The notes beneath the pieces were generated by a model that saw nothing but the letters and a program-made list of their open reading frames with translations, had not been told where the DNA came from and made no database searches. Of a DNA stretch of 34,832 nt, positions 1 through 7,481 are shown in pieces; within the stretch, counting starts at the first letter, position 1, and each line of letters opens with the position of its first letter. Source of the stretch: Chloroflexota bacterium (GTDB taxonomy: Bacteria > Chloroflexota > Limnocylindria > Limnocylindrales > CSP1-4); assembly GCA_015661135.1 (NCBI GenBank), contig JACVXW010000001.1:1-34832 (forward strand), given 5' to 3'. The position numbers and the translations under genes are program-made.

Positions 1-550
1 CAGGATCGATCCGCTCGGCGATCCGGTCGCCGAGGCCCAGGCGATCCAGCCCCGCGCAGGCGAGGACGAGCGCGTCCGCCTCCCCGCGCTCGAGGCGGCG
101 CAGCCGCGTGTCCACGTTGCCGTGGAACGGGACGACCTTGAGATCGGGGCGACGAGCCAGCAGGAACCCCGCCCGCCGCGGGCTGTCGGTCCCGATCCGG
201 GCACCGCTCGGCAGGTCATCCAGCCCGGGGCCCAGGCCGGGTCCCGTCACCAGGGCGTCCCTCGGATCTGCCCGGGGGAGGTACGCGCCGATCCGCAATC
301 GCGGGTCCTCGGTCGTGGGTACGTCCTTGGCGCTGTGGACGGCAACGTCGATCCGGCTGGCGACCAACTCCCGCTCGAGCGCCGTGACAAAGGCCCCCTC
401 CCCCCAGGCCGTGTCCGGGGCGCGCCGGTCTCCGGCGGTCGTGACGACCACGAGACGACCGCGTGTGCCGGCAGCCTCCAGCGCGGCGCACACGAGCGAG
501 GCCTGGGCGAGCGCCAGGGCACTGCCGCGTGTCCCGATCCGGATTTCCAC
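1..550 (-). CDS. hemC: porphobilinogen deaminase (hydroxymethylbilane synthase), C-terminus cut by window edge
   Basis: Reverse-strand translation from GTG 550-548 reads VEIRIGTRGSALALAQA...VVVTTAGDRR...VAVHSAKDVPT...GNVDTRLRRL...LACAGLDRLGL, the canonical HemC motifs. It is absent from the ORF track because it runs off the window. An in-frame GTG at 559 is an alternative start. Confidence 0.9.
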   Translation of the reverse strand, partial: MEIRIGTRGSALALAQASLVCAALEAAGTRGRLVVVTTAGDRRAPDTAWGEGAFVTALERELVASRIDVAVHSAKDVPTTEDPRLRIGAYLPRADPRDALVTGPGLGPGLDDLPSGARIGTDSPRRAGFLLARRPDLKVVPFHGNVDTRLRRLERGEADALVLACAGLDRLGLGDRIAERIDP

Positions 551-611
551 CGCCCTCACGGTGCGGGGATGGCGCGGGCAGGCCGTGGGCGCGGGCGAAC
601 GGCCACCGCGA

Positions 612-1256
612 TCATCGCGAGGCACCCGTGTGGCCCGTCATCGTCGCCACGAGCAGCTCATCCATTGCCCGTTCGGCCGCGGCCAGGAGTTCCGTCGCCT
701 CTCGTGTGTCGAATCCTCGCCGTCGGGCGGCCGACGACAGCTCCACGTGGAATGGCGCGCGGAACCGCAGGAACCCCTCGACGGTCTGGCTTAGCGACAG
801 TCCAGCGGCGGCCGCAATCTGGCCGTACTCCGCGGCGCTCGCCGTCGCTTCCCGCAGGAAGTCGGTCGCCACCTCAGGCCCGGGAGCGTCGAGGTACTGG
901 AGGAGGCGGGCCGCCAGGACATGACCGTGCGCCCGGAACAGCCCGCGCTGCTCCTCGGAGAGAGCCGGGATCCAGGGCAGCTCCCGGGAGGCCACCTGGG
1001 TCGCGCGCCGATATGTCCTGGACATCCTCGCCGTGGTGACGCCGGCACTCCGGAGCGACGGCCGGCCATCACGATCGGCGGGGAGGAGCCGCTCCAGGCC
1101 CGAGCGCGAAAAGCGGCGGTGTCCGCCCGGCGTCATGAAGACCCGCAGGCGCCCGGCGTCGCCCCACCGCCGGACCGTTCCCGGCGATACGCCAAGAACG
1201 TTGCTGGCCTCGGCGAGGCTGATCCAGTCGATGTCTCGGGACGCGGATCGACGCAA
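612..1256 (-). CDS. MerR/excisionase-type helix-turn-helix DNA-binding protein with uncharacterised C-terminal domain
   Basis: The N-terminus ISLAEASNVLGVSPGTVRRWGDAGRLRVFMTPGGHRRF is a typical excisionase-family HTH. The gene is co-directional with hemC and 61 nt upstream of it. The only start candidate upstream of the HTH is TTG 1256-1254. The AT-rich stretch 1257-1310 contains a direct repeat, AAATCTA twice. Confidence 0.75.
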   Translation of the reverse strand: MRRSASRDIDWISLAEASNVLGVSPGTVRRWGDAGRLRVFMTPGGHRRFSRSGLERLLPADRDGRPSLRSAGVTTARMSRTYRRATQVASRELPWIPALSEEQRGLFRAHGHVLAARLLQYLDAPGPEVATDFLREATASAAEYGQIAAAAGLSLSQTVEGFLRFRAPFHVELSSAARRRGFDTREATELLAAAERAMDELLVATMTGHTGASR

Positions 1257-1348
1257 CTAAAATCTACCTAAATCTAGCTGAACATTACGATGTCTCGCAA
1301 ACGATAGCACACCGCGGCCGCGAGCCGGACGATCCGACCTGGCTGGTC

Positions 1349-2524
1349 CTACCCTGCGATCTGCTCGAGCCGGTGTCGGAGGAATCGACGTTCGGCAGCG
1401 TTGGCGGTCAGGGCGAGCGCCCGCTCGTATGAAGCGCGCGCGTCGGCATGGCGTCCGAGGCGCCGAAGCAGATCCGCCCGGGCCGAATGGAGGTACGGAT
1501 AGTCCTCGAGGGCCCCTCCGGCGACGATCGCCTCCACCCGGGCGAGCCCGACCTCCACGCCCTCGGCCATCGCGACGGCCACGGCGTGGTTGAGCGCCAC
1601 GACCGGCGAGGGGGTGCGACGCTCCAGCTCCCCGTAGAGCGCGGCGATCTGCGGCCAGTCAGTTTCGGCCGGTGTCGCGGCGCCGTCGTGGAGCGCGGCG
1701 ATCGCGGCCTGGAGCTGGTACGGCCCCGGGGCGCGCATCCGGAGCGCCCGCTCCACGAGCGCCGCTCCCTCTCGAATCCGCTCAGCGTCCCAGCGCGACC
1801 GATCCTGATCGTCCAGGAGGACAAGCTCGCCTGACTCGCTGACCCTCGCCTCGCGGCGCGCGTCGTGGAGGAGCATGAGCGCCAGGAGTCCCAGCGCCTC
1901 GGGCTCGTCCGGCATCAGCTCGACGAGGACACGCGCCAGGCGGATTGCTTCGGTGCACAACTCCCGTCGGATCAGCGACTCGCCGGCGGAGGCGCCGTAA
2001 CCCTCGTTGAACACGAGATACAGCACCTGCAGGACGCCCTCGAGCCGCTCGGGCAGCAGGTGATCCGGCGGGACGCGATACGGGATCCCTGCGTCGCGGA
2101 TCTTCCGCTTGGCCCTGACCAGGCGCTGGGCGAGCGTCGGCTCGGGCACGAGGAAGGCACGGGCGATCTCCGGCGTCTGGAGGCCTCCGAGCGTCCGCAG
2201 GGTGAGCGCCACGCGAGCATCCAGCGGTAGCGCGGGGTGACAGCAGGTGAAGATGAGGCGGAGGCGGTCGTCAGCGATCGGCACGGAATCGCCGTCCTCG
2301 CCAAGCTCGCCAACGTCCCCAAGTTCGCCCGGTTCGCCCGCCGCCAGCTCCTCGGCGATCAGTTGCTCCCGCCATAGCGCTTCGGTCTTCCCGACCAGCC
2401 GTCGCGCGCGCCGAAGACGATCGATCGCACGGTTGCGGGCGGTCGTGGTGATCCATGCCCCGGGGTTCGGCGGCACACCGTCGCGCGGCCAGCGCTCGAG
2501 GGCAGTCAGGAACGCGTCCTGCAC
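1349..2524 (-). CDS. ECF sigma factor, ECF42-like, with long C-terminal TPR-like extension (start uncertain, probably further upstream)
   Basis: Sigma region 2 ([11 protein letters not shown]...[20 protein letters not shown]) and region 4 ([34 protein letters not shown]) are followed by about 200 aa of helical extension. It sits next to a DGPF protein. Sigma-like sequence continues upstream of GTG 2524 without a canonical start (see findings). Confidence 0.85.
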   Translation of the reverse strand: MQDAFLTALERWPRDGVPPNPGAWITTTARNRAIDRLRRARRLVGKTEALWREQLIAEELAAGEPGELGDVGELGEDGDSVPIADDRLRLIFTCCHPALPLDARVALTLRTLGGLQTPEIARAFLVPEPTLAQRLVRAKRKIRDAGIPYRVPPDHLLPERLEGVLQVLYLVFNEGYGASAGESLIRRELCTEAIRLARVLVELMPDEPEALGLLALMLLHDARREARVSESGELVLLDDQDRSRWDAERIREGAALVERALRMRAPGPYQLQAAIAALHDGAATPAETDWPQIAALYGELERRTPSPVVALNHAVAVAMAEGVEVGLARVEAIVAGGALEDYPYLHSARADLLRRLGRHADARASYERALALTANAAERRFLRHRLEQIAG

Positions 2525-2637
2525 CGAATCCTCGGCGAGATCGAAGTCCCGGACCGCCCGGATGAGGGCGGCTAGGACCCGCCCCGATTCCTCGCGGAAC
2601 AGGCGGTCGACGACCTCGGCGCTGACCGGCTCCGGGG

Positions 2638-3024
2638 TCAGCCTTGCCCGCCCCCGGCGGCCGTGTAGGCAGCCGGCAGCTGCCAGATGGGTCGAACCTC
2701 GATCGTCCCGCGCTTCGCGGCCGGGATCTTGGCGGCCATCTCGATCGCCTCGTCCAGGTCCGCGCAGTCGAGCAGGTAGAACCCGCCGAGGGCCTCCTTG
2801 GTCTCCGCAAAGGGCCCATCGGTCACGGCGACCTGGCCGTCACGGACACGGACGGACGTCGCGGTCGGCGTGGGCTCGAGAGCCTCGCCGGCAAGGTACT
2901 GACCCCGCTCGCGCGCCTCCCGGGTGAAGCCGGCGTACGCGGCGAGCTCGGCGGCCATCACTTCGTCGTCTGCCGCGACGCCCGCCGGCGATTCGGCCTG
3001 GTAGATCAGCATCAGATACTGCAT
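2638..3024 (-). CDS. YciI-like / DGPF domain protein
   Basis: MQYLMLIYQ...[35 protein letters not shown] carries the DGPF signature. ATG 3024-3022 is preceded by GGAG about 9 nt upstream. The longer track ORF (to 3480) runs into the upstream gene and is rejected. Confidence 0.9.
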   Translation of the reverse strand: MQYLMLIYQAESPAGVAADDEVMAAELAAYAGFTREARERGQYLAGEALEPTPTATSVRVRDGQVAVTDGPFAETKEALGGFYLLDCADLDEAIEMAAKIPAAKRGTIEVRPIWQLPAAYTAAGGGQG

Positions 3025-3059
3025 TGGCTCGATCTCCAATCGGGCGGTCGAAGGCCGCT

Positions 3060-4277
3060 CTAGTGTGGCAACGATTCCGAGACCGCGGATTCGACATCCG
3101 CCCCTGTCGCATCGGCGGACCGGACCGGCTCGCGCAGGAAGCGCTCCGCGGAGACTGGCGGCTCCGGCTCCCCGGCCTCCGACCCGGCGGCTCGTCGTCG
3201 AGCAGCGTCCTCCGCGATCAGCGGGATAAGCGCCCGGATGTCGGCCCGGATCTGACCACCGAAGAGCGGCGTGATCATGCCGACCATCGCGCGATCCTTG
3301 AGCCGGCGCGGGCGCTCGATGCGGCTGATATGGCGCGTCCCCTGGTCGATGGCCTCGAACGTATCGGTCATCGTCAGCTTCGGGCCGCCGGGCACGGGCA
3401 CCTGGAAACGGAGCGTGAAGTACTCGTACGGGCGCCAGTCCACGATCTCCTCGATGCTCGCGCGCTTCCCGTGCATGCAATGGTTGGTCGTTCCCGGTCC
3501 GCGTCGCCCGGTGGGTGCCGCCTCATGGACGATGTCGACACCCTGCTGCCACTTCGGCCGGCGGGCCGGCGATGTGATCCAGTCCCAGACGATCGCCGGC
3601 GGACCGGGCAGGATCGTCTCGATCGACCAGACCGCGTCAGTTGGCTCCACGAACACGCGAACGCGGCGGCTTTCCGCCTGCCACGCGGCTTCGAGGTCGC
3701 GAACCCAGCCCCGGACCTCGCCGAGATCGATCTGCTCGGCATGTGCGACCAAGCCGGCCGCCGCCGGATCCGCGAGGCCCATGGCGGCGACCAGATCACC
3801 CGAGTAGAACGCGTAGGCCGGGACTCCGAGCCCCTCGACGATCGTGTTCTTGAGGAGCCGATGCGCCACGATGACATCGGCCCCGGCCAGCTCGTCCCGG
3901 CCCAGGATCCGCTGGTGGGCGACCAGCCCGTGATGGCCGACGAACTTGAGGTCCAGGTTCGGGATCAGCAGGCAGGCGTTGCATTCGCAGGTGGATGCCT
4001 GGCGAATGTCCCGCAGGCGACGCCGAAATGCGAAGTAGCAGCCCTCGATCGCGTCCTGGAGGGTCGAGCCGTCGATGGTCTCGCCCGGGGCGTACACGAA
4101 GGCCGCATCGCCTTCCAGCTTGGCCAGCCGGAAGAGGGGCCGGAGCGCGCCGACGACCGTGGAGATGAGGTCGGCCAGGATGTCCTGCGAGTGCTCAAGC
4201 TCCGTGCCGGCGATATAGCTCGTATAGCCGGAAATGTCGGCGATGACCAGGCAGGCCGGCTCGGGACGGTTCAGCAT
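3060..4277 (-). CDS. DUF2652 (class III nucleotidyl-cyclase-like) domain fused to SRPBCC/START-like ligand-binding domain
   Basis: The N-terminal pattern LVIADISGYTSY ... KLEGDAAFVY resembles the two metal-binding Asp segments of class III cyclases, and I recognise it as DUF2652. The C-terminal half (VWSIETILPGPPAIVWDWITSP...RPKW...HCMHG...EEIVDWRPYEYFTL) is polyketide-cyclase/SRPBCC-like. Confidence 0.75.
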   Translation of the reverse strand: MLNRPEPACLVIADISGYTSYIAGTELEHSQDILADLISTVVGALRPLFRLAKLEGDAAFVYAPGETIDGSTLQDAIEGCYFAFRRRLRDIRQASTCECNACLLIPNLDLKFVGHHGLVAHQRILGRDELAGADVIVAHRLLKNTIVEGLGVPAYAFYSGDLVAAMGLADPAAAGLVAHAEQIDLGEVRGWVRDLEAAWQAESRRVRVFVEPTDAVWSIETILPGPPAIVWDWITSPARRPKWQQGVDIVHEAAPTGRRGPGTTNHCMHGKRASIEEIVDWRPYEYFTLRFQVPVPGGPKLTMTDTFEAIDQGTRHISRIERPRRLKDRAMVGMITPLFGGQIRADIRALIPLIAEDAARRRAAGSEAGEPEPPVSAERFLREPVRSADATGADVESAVSESLPH

Positions 4278-4311
4278 GGGCTCCGCTCTTCGTGCGCCAT
4301 CCGATCATCCG

Positions 4312-4350
4312 GGGTGAGACGGGCGATGTCGAGGGGGTATCGTCTCACCC
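4312..4350. promoter_or_regulatory. perfect 10-bp inverted repeat (GGGTGAGACG N19 CGTCTCACCC) abutting the start codon of the polymerase gene
   Basis: The arms are at 4312-4321 and 4341-4350, and the right arm ends 1 nt before ATG 4351. The loop holds GAGGGGG and a TANNNT hexamer (TATCGT, 4338-4343). Confidence 0.45.
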
Positions 4351-5805
4351 ATGCCTGTGCAGCCCGAGGTCGTGCGGATCGACGGCCGCGACGTCTCCAT
4401 CAGCAACCCGGACAAGGTCTTCTTCGCCGAGGCCGGCGTCACGAAACGGGACCTCGTCCGGTACTACCTCGCGGTCGCCGAGGGGGCACTCCGCGGCGTG
4501 CGGGACCGGCCGATGGCGCTCAAGCGGTTCGTGAACGGCGCCGCAGGTGAGGCCTTCTTCCAGAAGCGTGCCCCGGACAACCGGCCGCCGTGGCTCCGCG
4601 TGGCAACGCTCTCGTTCCCCTCCGGACGGACCGCGGACGAGATCGTCCTCGACGATGCGGCAGGACTGGCCTGGATCGTCAACCTCGGCTGCATCGACCT
4701 CAACCCCCACCCGGTCCGCTCAGACGACCTGGATCACCCCGACGAGCTGCGGGTGGACCTCGATCCCGTGCCGGGCGTGGAGGTCGGCCTCGTCGGCTGG
4801 CCGAAGACCTCGGGGTCGCGCGGGATCCACATCAACATCCGGATCTCGCGGGACTGGACGTACCCGGAGGTCCGGCGGGCCGCGCTGGCTCTGGCGCGCG
4901 ACGTGGAGCGGCGGGCACCTTCAATCGCAACATCCAAGTGGTGGAAGGAGGAGCGCCACGGCGTCTTCCTCGACTACAACCAGAACGCCAAGGACCGGAC
5001 GGTGGCGTCGGCGTATTCCGTCCGGCCGCTGCCTGATGCCCGGGTCTCCACGCCGTTGACCTGGGACGAACTGCCGACGTGCGAGGCCGAGGCCTTCACG
5101 ATCGCGACGGTCCCGGCCCGGTACGCGGCGATCGGGGATCCCGGGGCCGGGATCGACGAAGCCGTCGGATCACTGGACGCCCTCCTGGAGCTGTCCCGCC
5201 GGGACGAGGCCGCGGGCGCCGGCGACGCGCCGTGGCCGCCGAACTACCGCAAGCAGGAGGGCGAGCCGCCACGGGTCCAGCCCTCGCGCCAGCGCCGCGC
5301 GACAGCCGACTACGACACGCCGGAGGCCGACGCCGAGCGCGAGAAGTCGCGGGCGGCGATGGAGCGGCGGTTCAGCGCCGAGCTCGAGGGGCGCGCCGCG
5401 GCTGGGGGCGCCGGTGGCGGGGGTGCCGGGGCCGGGGGGGCCGGGGGGGCCGGTCGGAGCACTACGCCGACGCCGACCGGGCGGCGCAAGTCCGTCGTGC
5501 CGGTCATCGAGATCTCGCGGGCGAAGTCGAAGGACGACGCGCTCGCCGGGCTCGAGCGCTGGAAGGCGCGCTGGCCCGCGGCGGCGGGGGCGCTCGAGCC
5601 CGCCGACGTGCTCGTGGACGGGATGCGCGGCCGGTCATCGCTCTGGTATCGCGTCCGCGTCAACCTGACCCACGTCCCGGACGCGGACCGACCGCCCCAG
5701 GAGCCCCTCGATCCCGACTACGACCCGTGGACCGAATACGCGTGGCCCGATCGCGCGGGACAACTGGAACGGGCGCCGCGGAAGCCGGAGGCGCCCGGGG
5801 CCTGA
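4351..5805 (+). CDS. LigD-type polymerase/primase domain protein (Prim-PolC-like AEP polymerase) with long C-terminal extension
   Basis: The sequence has NPDKVFF, FFQKR, LNPHP, motif I VDLDP, motif II KTSGSRGIH, motif III FLDYNQN and SAYSVRP...VSTPLTWDEL, then PPNYRKQEGEPPRVQPS. After that comes a Gly/Ala-rich linker and an extra domain of about 100 aa. Confidence 0.85.
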   Translation: MPVQPEVVRIDGRDVSISNPDKVFFAEAGVTKRDLVRYYLAVAEGALRGVRDRPMALKRFVNGAAGEAFFQKRAPDNRPPWLRVATLSFPSGRTADEIVLDDAAGLAWIVNLGCIDLNPHPVRSDDLDHPDELRVDLDPVPGVEVGLVGWPKTSGSRGIHINIRISRDWTYPEVRRAALALARDVERRAPSIATSKWWKEERHGVFLDYNQNAKDRTVASAYSVRPLPDARVSTPLTWDELPTCEAEAFTIATVPARYAAIGDPGAGIDEAVGSLDALLELSRRDEAAGAGDAPWPPNYRKQEGEPPRVQPSRQRRATADYDTPEADAEREKSRAAMERRFSAELEGRAAAGGAGGGGAGAGGAGGAGRSTTPTPTGRRKSVVPVIEISRAKSKDDALAGLERWKARWPAAAGALEPADVLVDGMRGRSSLWYRVRVNLTHVPDADRPPQEPLDPDYDPWTEYAWPDRAGQLERAPRKPEAPGA

Positions 5806-5831
5806 TCCGCGGTCGTCGGCCGTCCTGACCT

Positions 5832-6170
5832 TCAGGCGAGGATGACGATCTCGCGGATCAGGTCGCCGGCAAGACGGTAAATCAGCACCGCGCGCACCGG
5901 CTCGGGCCGGCCGTCCGAGTATCCGGTGACTCGTTCCTCGTCGATGACGTACTGGTCGTGAGCGATGCGATTGGGGATCTCGTAGTGAAGATTCGGATGA
6001 ACGGACATCGCCTTCGCGTAGCGCGTCCGCACGGTCTCGGCACCGTCCATGAGGATCGCGCCGTCAGCATCCTTGACCACAACGTCCGGCGCATAGAAGC
6101 CCATGCACCGATCCACGTCGTGGTCGTGGTAGGCGTCGATCGCGGCCTGGACGACATCGCGCGGTTCCAC
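5832..6170 (-). CDS. SnoaL-like / NTF2-fold family protein
   Basis: This 112-aa protein (VVQAAIDAYHDHDVDRCMGFYAPDVVV...) has a typical NTF2-like layout. GTG 6170 is preceded by GGGAG. It lies 53 nt downstream of ligC on the same strand. Confidence 0.7.
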   Translation of the reverse strand: MEPRDVVQAAIDAYHDHDVDRCMGFYAPDVVVKDADGAILMDGAETVRTRYAKAMSVHPNLHYEIPNRIAHDQYVIDEERVTGYSDGRPEPVRAVLIYRLAGDLIREIVILA

Positions 6171-6223
6171 GGCCTACTCCCTACATCTCGTGGCGGCACG
6201 CACCGCCGGCCTGGCGCGGGCGT

Positions 6224-7327
6224 TCAGGCGCCGCCCCCGAAGATCCGGGCGATCTCGAACGCCGCGGTCTCCTCGAGCTGATCGTAGCTGCATTCGGTCG
6301 GAGGCTTGTCCAGGCGCCATCGCTTGAACGTTGTCGCGTGGCGGAAGCGGGAGCCCTGGAGGTGGTCGTAGGCGACCTCCACGACCCGCTCAGCTCGGAG
6401 CGGCTCCCATGACAGGTCCTTGCCCCTGTTCCAGCGCGATGTCGCGCCGGGGAGTCGCTGGCCGGATGCATCGGCGTCGCCGTAGCCGGCCCACTCGGCC
6501 CACTCGCGCCACGGGTGCCCGTCCATCGCCCGCTCCCTTAACGGCTCCAGTTCGGCAAGGATCGATGCCCGCCGCTCCCAGGTGAATGACGACGTGATCC
6601 CGACATGGTGCAGGGCGCCCTCGTCGTCGAACAGGCCGAGGAGCAGCGAGCCGACGTGCGTCCCGGGCCCGTTCTTGTGCCAGCGGAACCCGGCGACCAC
6701 GCAGTCCGCCGTCCGCTGGTGCTTGATCTTGAGCATCGCCCGCTTGCCGGGTTGATACGCGGCGTCGAGTTTCTTGGCAACCACGCCGTCCAGGCCGGCG
6801 CCCTCGAAGTGATCGAACCACTCCGCGGCGAGGGCGCGGTCGCGCGTCGCGGGGGTGAGGTGAACGGGTGGCGCGACGCCGGCAAGCTCCTTCTCCAGGC
6901 GGGCTCGCCGCTCCCCCTGGGGGGTTGCCCGGAGGTCTGCCTCGCCCAGCGCCAGCAGGTCCCAGGCCACGAACGAGGCCGGCGACTCCCCTGCCAGCAT
7001 CTTCACCCGCGAGGCGGCCGGGTGGATCCGGAGCAGGAGCGCCTCGAAATCCAGCGAGCCGCCGCGCGAGATCACGACCTCGCCGTCCACGACACACCGA
7101 TCCGGGAGCGAAGCGCGGAGCGGCGCGGCCAGCTCCGGGAAGTAGCGGTCAAGCGGCTTCAGGTCACGCGATTGGATGAGCACCTCGTCGCCGTCACGGA
7201 AGACGATCGCCCGGAAGCCGTCCCACTTGGGCTCGAACAGCCAGCCATCACCGTCCGGTAGCCCGTCCGACGCCTTGGCGAGCATCGGCTCGAGCGGTGG
7301 CTGGAAAGGGAGGCGATCGAGGGGCAT
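6224..7327 (-). CDS. ligC: ATP-dependent DNA ligase, LigC-type (adenylation plus OB domains only)
   Basis: Motif I is EPKWDGFR (adenylated Lys). Also present are DGEVV, LDGVVAKK, MLKIKHQRTADCVV and a C-terminal OB-fold region. At about 367 aa it has no polymerase or phosphoesterase domains. Confidence 0.9.
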   Translation of the reverse strand: MPLDRLPFQPPLEPMLAKASDGLPDGDGWLFEPKWDGFRAIVFRDGDEVLIQSRDLKPLDRYFPELAAPLRASLPDRCVVDGEVVISRGGSLDFEALLLRIHPAASRVKMLAGESPASFVAWDLLALGEADLRATPQGERRARLEKELAGVAPPVHLTPATRDRALAAEWFDHFEGAGLDGVVAKKLDAAYQPGKRAMLKIKHQRTADCVVAGFRWHKNGPGTHVGSLLLGLFDDEGALHHVGITSSFTWERRASILAELEPLRERAMDGHPWREWAEWAGYGDADASGQRLPGATSRWNRGKDLSWEPLRAERVVEVAYDHLQGSRFRHATTFKRWRLDKPPTECSYDQLEETAAFEIARIFGGGA

Positions 7328-7481
7328 GGGCGGAGTTTATCCACGCGCGACGGCGCGACCGCGCGGCAGGCGCGGCGGCACGGCGGGAGCGCGGCGGCTC
7401 TCTGTGGCAGGGGCACGCCCTCGGGGGACGGCTCGCCCGATCCGGGTCCTTTCGTGGGGGCCGGCGGCCGGGCGCCCCTCG

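Noticed and set aside
3025-3480. 5-prime extensions of track ORFs beyond the motif-supported start (2638-3480, 20648-21973, 22350-23972, 24432-25544, 25887-26711, 29085-31067)
   Set aside because: The extended parts overlap the upstream gene, or the tRNA in one case. They are compositionally non-protein-like. Internal starts with SD sites or stop/start coupling fit the family N-termini.
3024-4550. 508-aa plus-strand ORF, and similar long ORFs opposite recognisable genes (7159-8241, 8177-9367, 14221-15345, 15036-16277, 28678-29751, 30988-32298, 33232-34260)
   Set aside because: Each is antisense to a gene with clear family motifs (DUF2652-SRPBCC, usp, methyltransferase, folP, folC, tdh, PHP phosphatase, MBL hydrolase). 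All have low-complexity Arg/Pro/Gly-rich translations and are treated as GC-driven artefacts.
4351-7327. Complete NHEJ locus (Ku plus LigD)
   Set aside because: No Ku-like ORF is present in the window. The ligase lacks fused polymerase and phosphoesterase domains, so it is interpreted as a LigC/Prim-PolC-type pair rather than a Ku-dependent NHEJ system.
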